Shown piece after piece: positions 34,039 through 48,808 of a DNA stretch of 51,677 nucleotides. The stretch is from positions 80,807,745 through 80,859,421 of the forward strand of contig NC_068991.1 of NCBI RefSeq assembly GCF_001194135.2, written 5' to 3'. A program made the position numbers and the translations under genes. The first letter of the stretch is position 1. Each line of letters opens with the position of its first letter. The stretch comes from Octopus bimaculoides (Eukaryota). Below the pieces are notes generated by a model. The model searched no databases and was not told where the DNA came from. It saw nothing but the letters and a program-made list of their open reading frames with translations.

Positions 34039-35164
34039 GTGAGTGAATATGTGTTTGTGTCTCTTTGTACTGACATTGCATGATAGCAGCAAAGGAACAT
34101 TGCTGTCATATAAACAATATTATTCATTTCTAATATTGTTGAAAAAACATGTTTTGGCATGGGGAAAATATTACCATGATTGGAAATAGGTGGGCATTGG
34201 TGACAAGAAGAGCATCCTGCTGTAGAGAATCTGTTTCAATAAACTCTGCCCAACCTATGCAAGCATAGAAAATTGGACATTAAAGCAATGATGAGACAAT
34301 CTTCTGCTGAACTAAACTTGAATAAATTTAGTCCTGGCTATATTTTCTAATTAAATTGTTGAAGTGTTGGCAGATTTATTTTTGTTCTTATTCCTTTTTC
34401 TTGTCATAAAATATATGTAATGTATTTTCCCCATATTATTAATTTAACAATGTAAGTCACACCACTCACCTAAACACTATCAAAGTAAATAACCTAAACT
34501 AGTACAATCCAAAAAAAGTATGAAATGAACTAATTGAGAACCCCTTAATAATTCCAGAATCAAATATACCTAACTTAAGAACTTGCAAAAAGAACTAAAA
34601 TAAGTCTACAGATAAACACCACAGATATATATCAGAATACAACATTAAAACTTCTAAAAATTCATTGTCAGACATAGATGTCTAGTTTCAACTAAACTTG
34701 TCCCCTTTGTATATTATTTTACTCATGTTTGGTAAGAAGTTTGCTTCCCAACCCCATGATTATGGGTTCATTCCCAGTGCAACTTGGGCAAGTGCCTTCT
34801 GCTGTAGCCCCAGGCCAGCCAAAGCCTTGTTAATGAATTTGAGAGATGGAAAAGCTCATCTTGTATGTATATATGTTTGTGTGTGTGTCCAATGACTGAA
34901 ACAAGTAAAAGATAAAAGCTTATCCAAACTCCTATTTATTGTCTCTTGTCAACTGGAGGCCTTGACTTTCAAATCTTCAGCCATCATAAGTCTTTTCCAG
35001 GTTTTATATAACCTATAACCAATTAAAATATTAAATTTCTTTCATATGATATTACTCATCAGAAACAATAATTTGAGAGAGAAATGCACAACAGAGTTAC
35101 CATCAAAGAACAAGCCAGGTGAGACCTAAATCCAGGGCTTCTGCCAGGGGTGTAGCCAGCCCAC

Positions 35165-35696
35165 TTATGCACACCTTCCTTCATTGGACACTAAACTCCG
35201 CTTGTGAAGACCTGTTGAAGCAAGTGAAATCGAAATCGAACTAAATTCGACAGCTGGCACCCACGCCAACGTCGTCTCCTTCATTGGACACGAAACTCGA
35301 CTTGCGAAGACCTGTTGGAGCAAGCGAAAGCAAAATCGTGATGGCACCTGTGCCCAGCGTCGCCTTCCTGGCACTTGTGCTGGTGGCATGTGTAAAGACA
35401 TTCGAGCGAGATTGTTGCCAGTGCCGCTGGACTGGCTCCTGTGCAAGTGGCACGTAAAATACACCATTTTGAGCGTGGCCGTTGCCAGTACCGCCTGACT
35501 GGCCTTCGTGCCGGTGACATGTAAAAGCACCCACGACACTCTCTGAGTGGTTGGCGTTAGGAAGGGCATCCAGCTGTAGAAACTCTGCCAAATCAGATTG
35601 GAACCTGGTGTAGCCATCTGGTTCACCAGTCCTCAGTCAAATCGTCCAACCCATGCTAGCATGGAAAGCGGATGTTAAACGATGATGATGATGATG
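35165..35696 (+). mobile_element. Young high-copy SINE, (GAT)n-tailed
   Basis: Ends gtccaacccatgctagcatggaaagcggatgttaaacgatgatgatg; near-identical 3' piece at 37292-37443; reverse-strand relative at 51440-51618. Confidence 0.85.
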
Positions 35697-35820
35697 AACA
35701 TGTGTATGTGTTACTTTCGTGCCTCAAATTGCTACATGTAATTAATATCCAGTATAACTTAACATTGAAAATCATGACATTTTAATCTTCAATTCATTCA
35801 TTATTTAATATTTATTTCAG

Positions 35821-35900
35821 AAAAAAAGATGATATTGATAGCAGATATATTTAATGAAATTAAACCCGGATTATCAGCTTATGCTAGTGACCCAAAGAAG
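35821..35900 (+). CDS. ENTPD5: ENTPD5/6-like exon: (E)KKMILIADIFNEIKPGLSAYASDPKK
   Basis: 80 nt, tttcag acceptor, AAG|GTGAGT donor, phase 1/0, KPGLS motif. Confidence 0.93.
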
Positions 35901-38900
35901 GTGAGTTATCATTGAGTACAAAGAACCATGTTTAATTTCTAGATGCTAAGAAGACATCTTTTTCTTTGGTGGAGATATCATCATCATGAACATCATCATT
36001 GTCATATTTTTAATGTCCATATTTCCATGCTTGTATGGGTCAGACAGTGTTCATTGAGGCAGATTTTCTTCAGTCGGATGCCTTTCCTGTCACCAACTTC
36101 ACCTGTTTCTGAGCAAGACAATATTTCCCATAGCCATCCATGATTTTGTAGAATATTGGAAATCAGTGAGACCGCTTGTGTGTGGGTAACACTTGTGTAC
36201 AACGATCACGTGATGTGAAGGAGGCATAAACAAAGAGACATACTCGCACACACATGTATACATATGGTGGGCTTCTTTCAGTCTCCATCTCCCAAACCCA
36301 ACTCCTAGGCTGCGATCAGGCTAAGGCTGAAGTAGAAGACACTTGTTTAAAAAGTGGAGTGAGGCTGAATTCGTAACCATAATTGCTGGGAAGCAAACTT
36401 ATCACTCACACAGCCTTGCCTGCCCCTACCCAATCAGATTAAACAAAACAAAAATTAAATGAAGAAAAGAAAACCTGTATGCAATTTCTCAATCTGCTAG
36501 AAATAACAGCCTAATCTCCTTTTAATCAAACCCAACCATCTTGAAAATCATTGATTAAGGTTTTAAATAGTCATGGACATCTATATTGTGTAGTTTAGCA
36601 CTTATTGGCTTGAGCTAAATTATGACACAGAAGTAGATAATTAAACAAGTTAATTGTTCATGGTTGTAATCAATAATATGTGTCCCATCTGTTTTAGCTG
36701 GCATCATCATGATCATCATTATTATGCATTTGCTTTCCATGCTAGCATTCATTAGATGAGGGTATCGCAGTTCAAGATAATTCTTACATGGCATCACTGC
36801 TCTTCTCGATAGATCAGATGCTGTGTCTTGCTTATGCGTTCTGTTGCAAGTATGGCTTGGAACAGAGGAACAAAATATGGTCTTCCCTACTGCATGATTT
36901 CAGGTTCAGTTCCACTGAGTGGTACATTGGGCAATTGCATTTTACTAAGCATTGGGAGTAGTTTTGATAGACAGAGACTAAAAGGTGCCTCTCTCTGTGT
37001 GTGTGTGTGTGTGTGTTCTGTTTTCTTGTCTCGACATCATGTGATAGTTATAAACAAGCATCACCATCATACAAGTTCTGTCGTTCATTTTCAGTCTTCT
37101 GTGAAGACGTGGCAGTCAGGGTAAATATTACCTTTTTAGGAAATAAGTGAGGGTTGGCAACAGGAAGGGCACATGGCCATAGAATATTCTTCTCAAAAAA
37201 TTCTGTCTGATGCATGTAAGCATAGCAAAAGTCCACATTAAAATAACTAGAAAAGCACTCGGAGAGCACAGACCTCCACCAAGCAGCTCATTTTAAGATA
37301 GGAAGGGCATCCAGCTGTAGAAACTCTGCCAAATCAGACTGGAGCCTGGTGTTGCCATCCGGTTTCACCAGTCCTCAGTCAAATCGTCCAACCCATGCTA
37401 GCATGGAAAGCGGACGTTAAACGATGATGATGATGATGATGATACACAGGTAAAATTACTAATAGAGAACCGAAAATAAACTTTGGAAACAGCAACACCA
37501 CCATAGGTTACGTGGAAACGATGAAGGTGTTTTCAAGGGAGATAATCAAAGAATGTAACATTGTAATACTTCGTGTAAAGTAGATATAACAAATGAAAAA
37601 TCCTTCAAGAATCCATAAAAATTCCTGGATCACTACCAAAATTTCATCATCTGTTCCTTTTGCCAGTACCAACTTTTTCTGCAAGTTTCATCAAATACCA
37701 TTCACAACTTTTTGAGTTATTTTGCACACAGACGGACAGGCGGACAAATCAATGCCGATGAAAACATAACCCCCTTCCTTGGCGGAGGTAATAACGATGA
37801 TGATGATGCATACTTATCAACCACCATTTACATTATGTGACATACTGGTCTTATATAATTTTGTTTATAATGTACTCCATCCATATTATGTGGCATACTG
37901 GTATAATATTTAGAAATTATAACATGTGCTACCCATTTTAAAGATAAAGAATCTCCTTCAAGGAAATTTAGTATAAAAGAAGGTTTAGGTAGGAATAATG
38001 GATTAAAGTATTCTAAGAATTCAGTTAGCTTCCATCTACAGGATTTGAACCATCTTTACTTGCTGACACTGATGACAATCAATAAAGCATTGGATACTAA
38101 AAGCAAAATGTGTGGTTCATCTCCTGCCATTACCATTTCTCAGCAGCCAAGTCTCGATTCTTACTTGTTGTTAGGCCTCAAGTCGGCACTGTTTCAGTAA
38201 ACCTAGAATCAAAAGTATTTCAGCAATGCTAATGTTGTCCTTTTAGGTTAAGCTAAAACTATATTGTTGGAGGGAGATTTAGTTGATATTTCTAGCAAAC
38301 CTAGTGACCATATAGAGACTTCTTTGTTGTATCAGCTTGTTTCTTAGCTATTTAACCCCAAAGTCCACCCTGATCAAGTAAACCCACGATGTAAGGCATT
38401 CCCGCTGCGACCATCCTGTCCTTTTATTAGATGTGGTACTATCTAATGTGTTCCGTCTTTCAAGCTGGTTACGTTGTATCTGGACGAAGACTTGATTGTT
38501 ATTTCTGAGTGATCTTGTAGAGACACTTGTTGAATCATCTTTATTCTTAATACAACCCATTGATGATATATTTTGCTGTGGCAAGCAGTAGTAGCATTGT
38601 ATATTTGCTGAGTGCTTTGTTGGTCTGTGGTGCTGAGTTACTGTAGCTAGAGAATCATTTCTTATTAGAAGAATATTTGTCTCTCTCATCCATTTAGCAC
38701 TAAAGAAACTGGTGATAAATACCAGCTTTGTGGATCTTGGAATTTGGAAAACTATTAGTACACTTTGTTTGTTTAGGTCCTAAATACTTAACTTGTTACT
38801 AAACTTAAACAGTTATGAGTTGTTGAGGAGAGGGGGAGTGAAGTCATCAAGGAGAAGAGGGTGAAGTTGTTGAGGGAAGAGGTGAGAGGGGCTGAGTTGT

Positions 38901-39323
38901 TGAGGAAAAGAACAGTCGAGCCGTTGAGGGGTGGGGGGCAGGGGAATTAAGCCAACTGTATAAATTTGTCAGATGAGAAGGCTCTGTGCCCATAAACTTC
39001 TTAGAACACCACACTGAGACTGGTTGGTGCCCGTCTCCAAGTGAATGTTGCAGGAAAACCATGGATAGGCAAGGGAGCAGGAGTTTTGTGTAAATGCATG
39101 CATCCAATAGGGTATATTTTACTGAAAAGTACCCTAAGAAACCAGATGTGGGTGTTAAAGTGTGCAGCATGCTATGTTGATGATAATCAGGATATTGATA
39201 ATTTATATTGCTACTACTGATAGTAAAAAGATATTGATGGGGTTAGTAATGGTGGTGGGGGTGATGATGATGATGATGATGATGGATATGTTGAATATTA
39301 ATATTTTCTCTTTCTAATTGCAG

Positions 39324-39467
39324 GCAGCTGGTTCTTTACTACCCTTACTTAATTTAGCCAAATCAAAAGTTCCAGAGGACTTGCAGTCATCCTGTGCAAT
39401 TGCCCTGAAGGCCACAGCAGGTTTGCGCTTACTTGGTGAACAACCTGCCAACAATATTCTTCTTGAG
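39324..39467 (+). CDS. ENTPD5: ENTPD5/6-like exon with ACR2 (LKATAGLRLL)
   Basis: 144 nt, ttgcag acceptor, GAG|GTCAGT donor, phase 0/0. Confidence 0.95.
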
Positions 39468-39689
39468 GTCAGTAGAATGGCACAAGTGGTATCTTTTTTT
39501 CTTTGAATTATTTGATACATGTGTTTTCTGATACATGAACAATAAAGAAGCACATGGTGATATTCTTATGATTCTGTTATTGAACTATCTGCTACATGTT
39601 ATATTGTGGTTATGTGATTCTAAGAGTATGTGATATTGTGCTTGTTGGACTATACATGTGATATTCTTAAGCCTAATGCTATGACAATT

Positions 39690-40080
39690 TTCCATTTCTT
39701 CACACAGCTATTTGCATTTTTACGGACATTTGCAAAAGGTGGGTGGTAGATGATAAACAAGGCAGTACTCCAAAATATGGTCTGCTTCTCCACATACACA
39801 GGTGGTTGGGTTTGGTCTTGTAGTCTCAGCTGACCAAAGCAACTTTTCATCATCTCATTGTCATTTTTAGGTGATTGGGTCTCTTCCATTTAATCCATGG
39901 AGGTCTGCAACAGTGGGGATTCTCATGTGAGTTGAAAGAGGATTGTTCTCAAGCTTTTCCTTCAAGAGTTGGAGCCTAGCTTCATCCCGAGATATTGACA
40001 GGAGCTGGACATGGCTGAGGAAGCTGATTCTTCACTTCAGTAGGGTGCTAGCATCCATGGAAGAAGTGGAATTCATAACT
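39690..40080 (-). mobile_element. Degenerate RTE-like C-terminal fragment
   Basis: Minus strand resembles ...W.PK(HG)..GRP.TT and NQLPQPCPAPVNISG; heavily decayed. Confidence 0.4.
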
Positions 40081-40302
40081 AATAACCTTTGTTGTCTCAA
40101 TTCACCTGGCCACCCTCTGCCTGATATCTGCAAGGGCAATGCCAGTGTGGAGGGGTTAGGGTTGTTTTGTGTTGGCAGGGCTTCATGCCATCAGTGACCA
40201 GGTATTGTTCAACATTCTGATCTTTGTTACTTGTAACTATACCTTGGCTCTTCACTATCTCTCTCCTGCTCTCTCTCTTACACTTTTGCTTTTTCCTACT
40301 CA

Positions 40303-40402
<100 letters not shown>

Positions 40403-40448
40403 GCAATTTCTGTATGTGTAATGCATTTTTATTTCCATATTTTACCAG

Positions 40449-40524
40449 GTAGAGAAGCTGTTTAAGAGGTTTCCTTTCAAAATGCTTGAAAATAATACTG
40501 AAATAATGAGTGGCACTAAAGAAG
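40449..40524 (+). CDS. ENTPD5: ENTPD5/6-like exon: VEKLFKRFPFKMLENNTEIMSGTKE(G), ACR3 start
   Basis: 76 nt, accag acceptor, AAG|GTTAGT donor, phase 0/1. Confidence 0.92.
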
Positions 40525-41710
40525 GTTAGTGTGTGTTTTTAGGGTGTATGTTGTTATTTCCAATGTTGAATTTTTCCTCGGGTAAGTTCACATCGAAACT
40601 GGATTCTATAGTTTCTAGTAATGCAGTTTCTTTCTGGTATTCATGTTTACATTTGTTATTCGTGCAAAATTCATTCAAAGATTGACTTCATATTTGAGTC
40701 TTTTTATCTATTAAACTTTTTCATTAATACTGGGTCAACTTTATCTTATGGTTTTCATAACAGAATGGACTTATATGATACCATATTTCTGTTGAAACAC
40801 ACTAACTTTGTTTCAATTAATTTTGAAAATAATGAAGAATTTAGTAAAATAATTTTGTCATTATTAAGCTGATGTTTGGAATGTAAATTAACCTGAAATT
40901 TTGATGGAAGATTTTAATTTAAATCATTTAAACCCTACTGAAATTCACTCATTTATTTCAATTAATTTTGCAAGTAATGAAGAATTTAGTTAAATAACTT
41001 TGTCATTATTAAGTCGGTGTTTGGAACATTCTAAATTATGTTAATTTACATTTGTGAATTAATATAAAATTTTGATGGAAGATTTTATTTCTATGCAGTT
41101 TCCTGCCAAAATATGGTGATAGAGATGCCATGGGGCAAGCAGCACAAAGCTTCAAGAGAAGGCAGAGACTTAAGGCTGCTCTTAATTCTTTGAGATAAAC
41201 TTCCTGTTTTAAAGTGATTGAAATTAAAACCTTCCATCAACATTTTATGTTAATTAATATTTCAAGCAAAGTTATTTTACTAAATTCTGAATCATTTTCA
41301 AAACTAATTAAAACAAAAGCAATGTATTTCAAGACAAATATGGAAATGAAAGGGTTGAAATGGAAATCTCATTTTGTTGATCAGAAGAGATAGGGGTAGA
41401 TAAGTGTATAGTAACTTTTAGGGTGTTACTGATGTGACAATGTTAATAATCTAGTGTGCTTGACAACCAAGATTTCAGTTCAGTCTTACTGTACATCTTT
41501 CTTTTACTTTTGTTTAATTTTATATCCATTTTTCCATGCTAGCATGAGTTAGAATAGTATATTATTGAGACATTGTTTACCTATTATCTGTTTGTTTATT
41601 ATCTATCTTACATCTATTTATCTGTCTGTCTATCTTATTTTGTGTGTGTGTGTGTACATTTATATGTATGAGTGTGTGCATATATGTGTGTGTTCGTGTA
41701 TATTTATGTA

Positions 41711-41753
<43 letters not shown>

Positions 41754-42822
41754 AAATATTACTGTCCCTATAATAATTACTGCCTTTACTCTGGAAATTA
41801 GTATCTACCTCTTAATGTTGTTTACGACCCAACAAGCATGGCAGCCATACTTCTGGTGGTCAACCTCTTGTCTTCTTTACTTGCTACTGCTGCCACTGTA
41901 TATAAACTCCTTTAGACTTACATTATCCTCATAATTACCCTGCCTGCTACCTTCCCCAATGTGCAACTATTTGCATTTCTATCTTGTGTTACGATCCGGC
42001 AAATTCTTGGGTATAAAAAGGAGTGATCTTCTGAACGCAACAACAAAATTGTAAAATCAGTGAATTAACATTCAAGGATGAAATTACGTATCAAAAATGT
42101 ATTTTATATAAGTGAATTAAAGGATATATTTGATAATTTAGCGATCAATTTGCAAAGAATTTAATGTCCAGTATTTGATTGTTCAAAGACATGTTGTAAA
42201 CAGTCCGATCCGTATGCAGCTCTCTTCTCGCACAACACATCACAACACACCAGCACTGACCAATTCCCAGCTCCACATTTTCACACCTACACACCTACAC
42301 ACACACATGTCAAGATCACCAGCCCTCTTCCACACACATACGAACTCTCTTATACACACGCATGCACACCTTTGTTTTGGGATCACCACTACTTTATTAT
42401 CTCCCCTACTTCTAAGCTCTCCTGTGAGACCTTTCTATCCAGCATTCGCCATGATAGATTGCTCACCACTACACATTTTTTTTTTTCTCTCCTTGTTTCT
42501 TTCTGTGTTCCTTTCTGTGGAAGAGCGTAGGCTCAAAACATTAAAGACGTTTTCAATTCCCGAGCATTATATTAATACATCTATTTGTTGTCTACACCAC
42601 CTGNNNNNNNNNNNNNNNNNNNNNNNNNNNNNNNNNNNNNNNNNNNNNNNNNNNNNNNNNNNNNNNNNNNNNNNNNNNNNNNNNNNNNNNNNNNNNNNNN
42701 NNNNNNNNNNNNNNNNNNNNNNNNNNNNNNNNNNNNNNNNNNNNNNNNNNNNNNNNNNNNNTATATATATATATATATATTATGCTTATAACATGTGACC
42801 CTTTCTTGTTTTCTTCTTTTAG

Positions 42823-42858
42823 GAATTTACAGCTGGCTGACTGTCAACTATCTCCTTG
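42823..42858 (+). CDS. ENTPD5: ENTPD5/6-like 36-nt exon: (G)IYSWLTVNYLL, ACR3
   Basis: Long pyrimidine tract + AG, G|GTAAGT donor, phase 1/1. Confidence 0.93.
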
Positions 42859-44944
42859 GTAAGTATCCCCTTTGAGAATCAGTGTTTTACTTAGTGAAAC
42901 GAAATCTCTGATATAACTTTGTTGACCACAACTATCATCACCATCACCGGTTCATGTGTGTACGTGTGTTTAAAAGGTTCACTCTGTTGTTAGTCTGAAA
43001 TGTGTAGTAGTGACAGATACAGCACTAGTCATGTGTGTGTGTGTGTGTGCACTCACGCACGCATACACACACATGCACACGCACACGTCATGATGATTGT
43101 TAAGCATCATCATGTTAATATCCCCACTTTCAATGCTTGCATAGGTCAGACAGTTTGTGGAAGCAGATTTTCAATGATCACAGGCTCTTCCTCTTACCAA
43201 CCCTCACCTGTTTATCATCATCATTTAATGTCTGCTTTCGATGCTGGCATGGGTTGGACAGTTTAACAGGAGCTGGCTAAGCAGAAGACTGCACCACACC
43301 TCTGTGTCTGTTTTGGAAGGGTTTTACAGCTGATGCCCTTCCTAACACCAACCGACATGCAGAGAGAACTGAGTACTTTTAACATGGCACCAGCAAGGTA
43401 GGATTAGTTTTGGCAGGGTTTTTACAGCTGAATGCCCTTCCAAATGCCAACCACTTTTGTGTGGCACCAGCATTGGCAAGGTCACCAAGTAACTTACAAG
43501 ACAAAGATCTTCTGAGAGGGGAGGAGGTGATAAAAAGTTAGTGTGTAACAGATTGACAGAAACAGGTGTCTTGCTGTAGAGGAGATACATAGTTACCTGG
43601 TCAGAGAGAGAGAGAGAGAGAGAGTGATCAAGAATAAAGTAATATTTCCCAAGGCCAGGCATATTTTTACAGGAGATTCAAAATAATGAACGCCACCTAT
43701 ATGATGGTGATAATCTTTTATAATTGTGTGAAGTTAACATCCAGACACACTCTCTCTTTTGTTTCTCTGTCTCTCTCTCTTACACACACACACAAGATTC
43801 TCTGTGTCCCTCTTTAAGATTCATTCACATGGCTTTTGTTGGTCCAAAGCAATAGTAGAAGACACTTGCCTTGGGTGTTATGCAGTGGGACTAAACCTGA
43901 AACTTTTTAACTTCACAGTCGTATACATACATCACAATCATGTACGCATCTTCATCATCATCGTTTAACATCCACTTTCCATGCTGTCATACGTCTTGCG
44001 TGTCCCTGTATAGTTGCTATGGTGATCTGAAACTCTGGCTGAGCGCCTTTATTCTAAGGGAGATAATCCATACATTCATTTTTTTTTGTTGTTGCTTTTA
44101 AATGATACTTCATCACTACTTTCATAGTTCTCGTCATCATCGTCGTCGTTGTCATCACCACCATCATCGTCGCCACCACCAATACTACCACTATCATCAT
44201 CGCTACAACCCATCTTTATTACCATCTTCCTCGTCATCGTGTTTTTCCCTGTTAGTACAGACTGGATGACAACGTACGACAACTCCATTTGTACCAGTCT
44301 CTTCATTTCTTTCTGTATCTTCCTTGGTGTATGCGCGTGTGTGTGTGGGGGGGGGGTAAGCTATAAAGCTAGATTTCTACCTCCCTAACAACTAACAAAT
44401 ATGTTTTTCAGAACATGTATAACCTCTAAACATTACATGTCCAAACTGGGGCAACAGTCTCACTCGCACATGTCTACCAATATTACTTAATACTCTTCTC
44501 TCTCTCTCTCTGGCCAGGTAACCTTGTACCTTCTCTACAACAAGACACCTGCTTCTGTCAAAGTCAACCTTGGCAGAAATAGAACTCAGAATGTAAAGAC
44601 ATAAAATACCTCTAAGTACTTTGCCTGGTGTGCAAATGATTCTGCCTTCTTAATAATAGTAATAATAATAATAATAATCCTTTCTACTAAAGGCACAAGG
44701 CCTAGTGCATAAGTGGTGCTTATTTCAATGACCGTGAAAGGATGAAAGGCAGAGTTGACCTCAGTGGAGTTTGCCTCTGTTTTCATCACTGCCATCAGCC
44801 TTACTTTCACTATCCTCCTTGTCATTATCTCTCATCAGCTTCCTTTTCGTCTCTGTCACCATTCTCCTTATCACCACGTCCCTGTAAGTCCAATGACGAC
44901 AATGATTGTGTAGATGACTAAGAATCTATTTTATTTGTAAACAG

Positions 44945-45110
44945 ATTTACTCGATACACCTAACAGAACCGCTGTAGCTTTGGATCTTGGTGGAGGCTCA
45001 ACCCAGATCACATTTGTACCATCAAAGCCTGGAACATTGCAACAGGTTGGGGAGGATTTCAAGGAATCTGTAACTTTATTTGGACAAAGCTACAATTTAT
45101 ACACTCATAG
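44945..45110 (+). CDS. ENTPD5: ENTPD5/6-like exon with ACR4 (ALDLGGGSTQITF) to YNLYTHS
   Basis: 166 nt, acag acceptor, AG|GTATAC donor, phase 1/2. Confidence 0.94.
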
Positions 45111-45399
45111 GTATACTTTTATTTTACTTGTTTCAGTAATTGCACAGCTGCCTCAAAGGAAAGGAAATTATTTTTATAGAACTTGAAGTAGATAAAGTTA
45201 TACATTATAGTGTGTAGAATATTGGGTTAAAATAACCCTACGATGGAAAAAGATCAAAGGCTGCTTGTGTGATTTGAACTCATATTTTTTGTAAACATGA
45301 TAGGTATTCTATGATACTGAGCTGAGAAGTTCATAGGCCGACAATGAAGGAATAATCTAGAACTGTTAAATATTGCATTAATTTTAAGTTTTCTTATTA

Positions 45400-46560
45400 A
45401 TAACTGCGTTATTTTTTTCCAGCTTCCAAAGTAACTAGTAGAGATTTCTCTTGAAAATTGGTAAAATTTGGAATCAGCATTATCAAGTACCAGCAGAAAA
45501 AGTGTTTCACCCCCATGGACATTCATGCTGACAGGGTTGCTACATTAGGGGATGATGCTCCAGCTTTATCAACAGTGCAAAAGTGGTCAGCTGAATTTAG
45601 GAGGGGAAAGGAGAATCTTTAAGATGACCCAGCTTCCAGATGTCTTCCACTGCCACCATTAGAAAAACATGGATCATGTTCACCACATGGTGATGAATGA
45701 CAGGCGATTGACTCTAAATCAAACAGCCAATACGATTAGCATATCCCATGAGAGAGAGTTAAGAATATTGTGCTCAATGAAGTTGGCATGATGAGGGTTT
45801 CTGCTTTGTGGGTGGCACGTCTTATGATATCTGATCAAAAATACACCAGGCTGATCACATCATGAGAAAATTTGACATTGTTTGGGGCAGACAGCACTTG
45901 TTTCCTTGAACATTTCGTAACCCCAGATGAATGTTGACTTCATCACTTTGAGCCAGAGAGCTTGAGACAATCCATGCAGTGAAAATACCATTCCCTCACC
46001 TCCAAAGATGGCCAAAATCATTTCATCTGCAGAGAAGTTGATGGCCTCAGATATTTGGGATGCAAAAACCATTGTGTTTACTGACTTTCTTCAAAAGGTA
46101 CACACCATCAATGGAGAGTACTATGGCCAATTTAATGAGGCAGTTAGGAAAGGTTATCAAGACCAGGTGTCCAGGAAAACTGACAAAAGGGGTCTTGTTT
46201 CATCAGGAAATGCTCCAGCACAGAAGCCATTTAGTTTCAATGGCTTCTGTGCATGACTGTGGCTTTGCACTAGTTGACTATTCTCCTTATTTAGCCTCAT
46301 ATGACTATCATCTGTTCGCAAAATATGAGAAAGCACTTGGCTGGGAACCAGTACCACAGTGATGATGACATCATATCTGCTGTCGATGACCTTTTTGACC
46401 AACAGGATGAAAGCTTCTTCATCAATAGGATCCAAGCACAGCAACACTGATGGAAGAAGCATGTGGACTGGAAGAAGGAATATGTTGGAAAAAAAGCCTC
46501 ATTTGGCCACATTCCATGAAAGTATCCTGTTCAGCCTATGAACTTTTTAACCGAGACACC
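45400..46560 (+). mobile_element. Near full-length decayed mariner transposase
   Basis: LGDDAPALSTVQKWSAEFRRG, TPDEC.LHHFEPE, ASDIWDAK, HTINGEYY, YSPYLASYDYHLF, with many stops and frameshifts. Confidence 0.88.
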
Positions 46561-47887
46561 TACTTGTTATATCAAAGCAACCATTAAATTTTAGAAACTT
46601 TTTTCTTACTAGTGAGAATTGCAAGATGTTTACATTGTAAGCATTTAGACACTTCAAGAGATATATAAATTTTTTTTAATGGATTGAAGGGTTTTGCCAT
46701 TTCAAGTGACTCTAGCAATTATATCAAGTTTGTTACTTATTCTGTTGTTCATGTTTCACTAATCTACCATGTTATGGAAATGTAAACAAACCAAACCAGT
46801 TGAAAGCAGCGACAAAGACGTGTATAAACACACACACACACACACACTATGCCATAACAGTTTAGAATTTTAAAATGCAAACAGTTTTAAAGCAGAAACT
46901 TAGATTCACTTACTCAAAGGAACTTGAGAGACACTACAATCAGCTGATTGAATTAACCTCAGTATATAACTGGTAATTCAACTCATCATCATCATGACAT
47001 TCACTTTTCTGTGCTTGTATGTCAGATGGAATTCATTGAAGTAGATAACCCCAGGTGCCCATGTTGTTGCCAAGCTTCACTTTTTTCCAAACATGGCTGG
47101 ATATGTTTTCTGGATAATTGGAAATTAAGAATACCACTTTTATGATGGTAATGCACATTACACAGCTACCATGCAATGTGAAGATCAGAAGACACACACA
47201 CACACACACACACAATGAGCTTCTTTCAGTTTCTGTCTATCAACTCCACTTGCAAGGTGTTGGTCAGCTCTTGGCTTTAGTAATAGACACTAGCCCAAGG
47301 TGCCATGTTGTGGGACCGAACCTGAAATCATGTGGTTGGCAAATACTATACTGTCATACCTTTTGTTACCATATTTCTGTTGAAATAATCAGTCTATATT
47401 TCAATCAATTTTTTAACATAAAGAATTTAGTCAAATAACTTTGGCATCAGGCAGAATCATTAGCACAGTGGACAAAATGCTTAGTGGCATTTCTCCTATC
47501 TTTATGTTCTGAGTTCAAATTCTGCTGAGGCTGACTTTGCCTTTCATCTTTTCAGAGCCAATGAAATAAGTACCAGTTACATACTGGGTCGATGTAGGTG
47601 ACTAGCCCTTCCCTTCCTACATATTTCAGGCCTTGTGCCTATAGTAGGAAGGCATATTAAGCCAGTGTTTGGAACATAAATTAGCATGAAAGATGGCCAT
47701 AAGGTTTTAAGGTAGATCATTTTAAGACCTGAATTTTGTATCATAGGACCAGTAGTAATCTTAGTCAGTTGATATCCAACGGTTAATGTTAAATGAACCA
47801 ATGTATTAAATGTACTAATTACAAATGTTATATGCACAGGTGTATTAAATTATATTTTTGTTTTTCTTTTCTTTGTTTAATTTTCAG

Positions 47888-47943
47888 TTACCTTGGACTT
47901 GGTTTGATGTCTGCCAGGTTTAAAGTTTCGGAAAAAGTTAAGA
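47888..47943 (+). CDS. ENTPD5: ENTPD5/6-like exon: (S)YLGLGLMSARFKVSEKVK
   Basis: 56 nt, tttcag acceptor, SYLGxG motif. Donor A|GTTAGT chosen because it gives the phase 1 required by the next exon. Confidence 0.88.
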
Positions 47944-48808
47944 GTTAGTAATATATTTATTTCAAATTTTGGGAAGGCCAGTAGGTTTGAGGGAGGGGCT
48001 AAGTCAATTAAATCAACCCCAGTGTTCAACTGGTACTTATTTTATCAACCCTGAAAGGATGAAAGGCAAAATCAACACCAGCAGAATTTGAACTAAGAAT
48101 GTAAAACTGGATGAAATCACTTGGCGTGCTAACTGTTCTAGCAGGTCACGGCCTTAAGAGTTAAAAGATACATTAATCAGAATATGTGAATGATGGTGGA
48201 TTGATAACAATTCTATAGGGGATAGCCTAAAGAGTTATTGATGTATTAATCTGTATTTATGAAGGGTGGTGGATTAGTAGAATTAGTAGAGCATCTAATA
48301 GAATTTTCTAGAATATTTCATTGATTTAATTTAGACTTTGAGTTCAAATTCTGGCTGGGTCGATCTTTTGCCTTTCAGCCTTCCTTGATTTGATAAAATA
48401 TTGTACCAGTATTTCACAGTACTGTATTACAAATCAATATGGATATGTGTGTATGACTGTATAGTAATATACATCAGGGTGCAGTGGATACATGGAAGTT
48501 CTTTTCTCCATTTTTCTCTCTCTCCTTGTCTATTCTTTTAGAAGATGAGTGTATACTTGAAATATAGAAAACTTTACTTCTCTATTTCTTCCTATTTCCT
48601 CTGTGTAAACCCAACACACTCTGCTTGTATGTTTTGTATATTGCCTTCATGTGATATATATTTTTATTGATTTATATTACTATATGTATGTATGTGCATA
48701 TATATGTGTGTGTGTGTGTGTGTGTATTTATTATTGAACGTGTGCACATTAACATATGTATGTGCATGCATTTATGTATGTATATGTATGCTGCATTGAT
48801 TTATGTTT

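Noticed and set aside
38050-38700. Possible decayed piggyBac transposase on the minus strand
   Set aside because: Only faint motif resemblance with many stops; not supportable without an HMM search.
42515-42545. Hammerhead-like hairpin CUGUGGAA-GAGC-GUAG-GCUC-AAAAC
   Set aside because: Both core motifs are degenerate (no CUGANGA, AAAA instead of GAAA), so no activity is expected.
47937-47942. Alternative donor GTTAAG for the SYLG exon
   Set aside because: Gives phase 0, which is incompatible with the phase-1 start of exon 50627.
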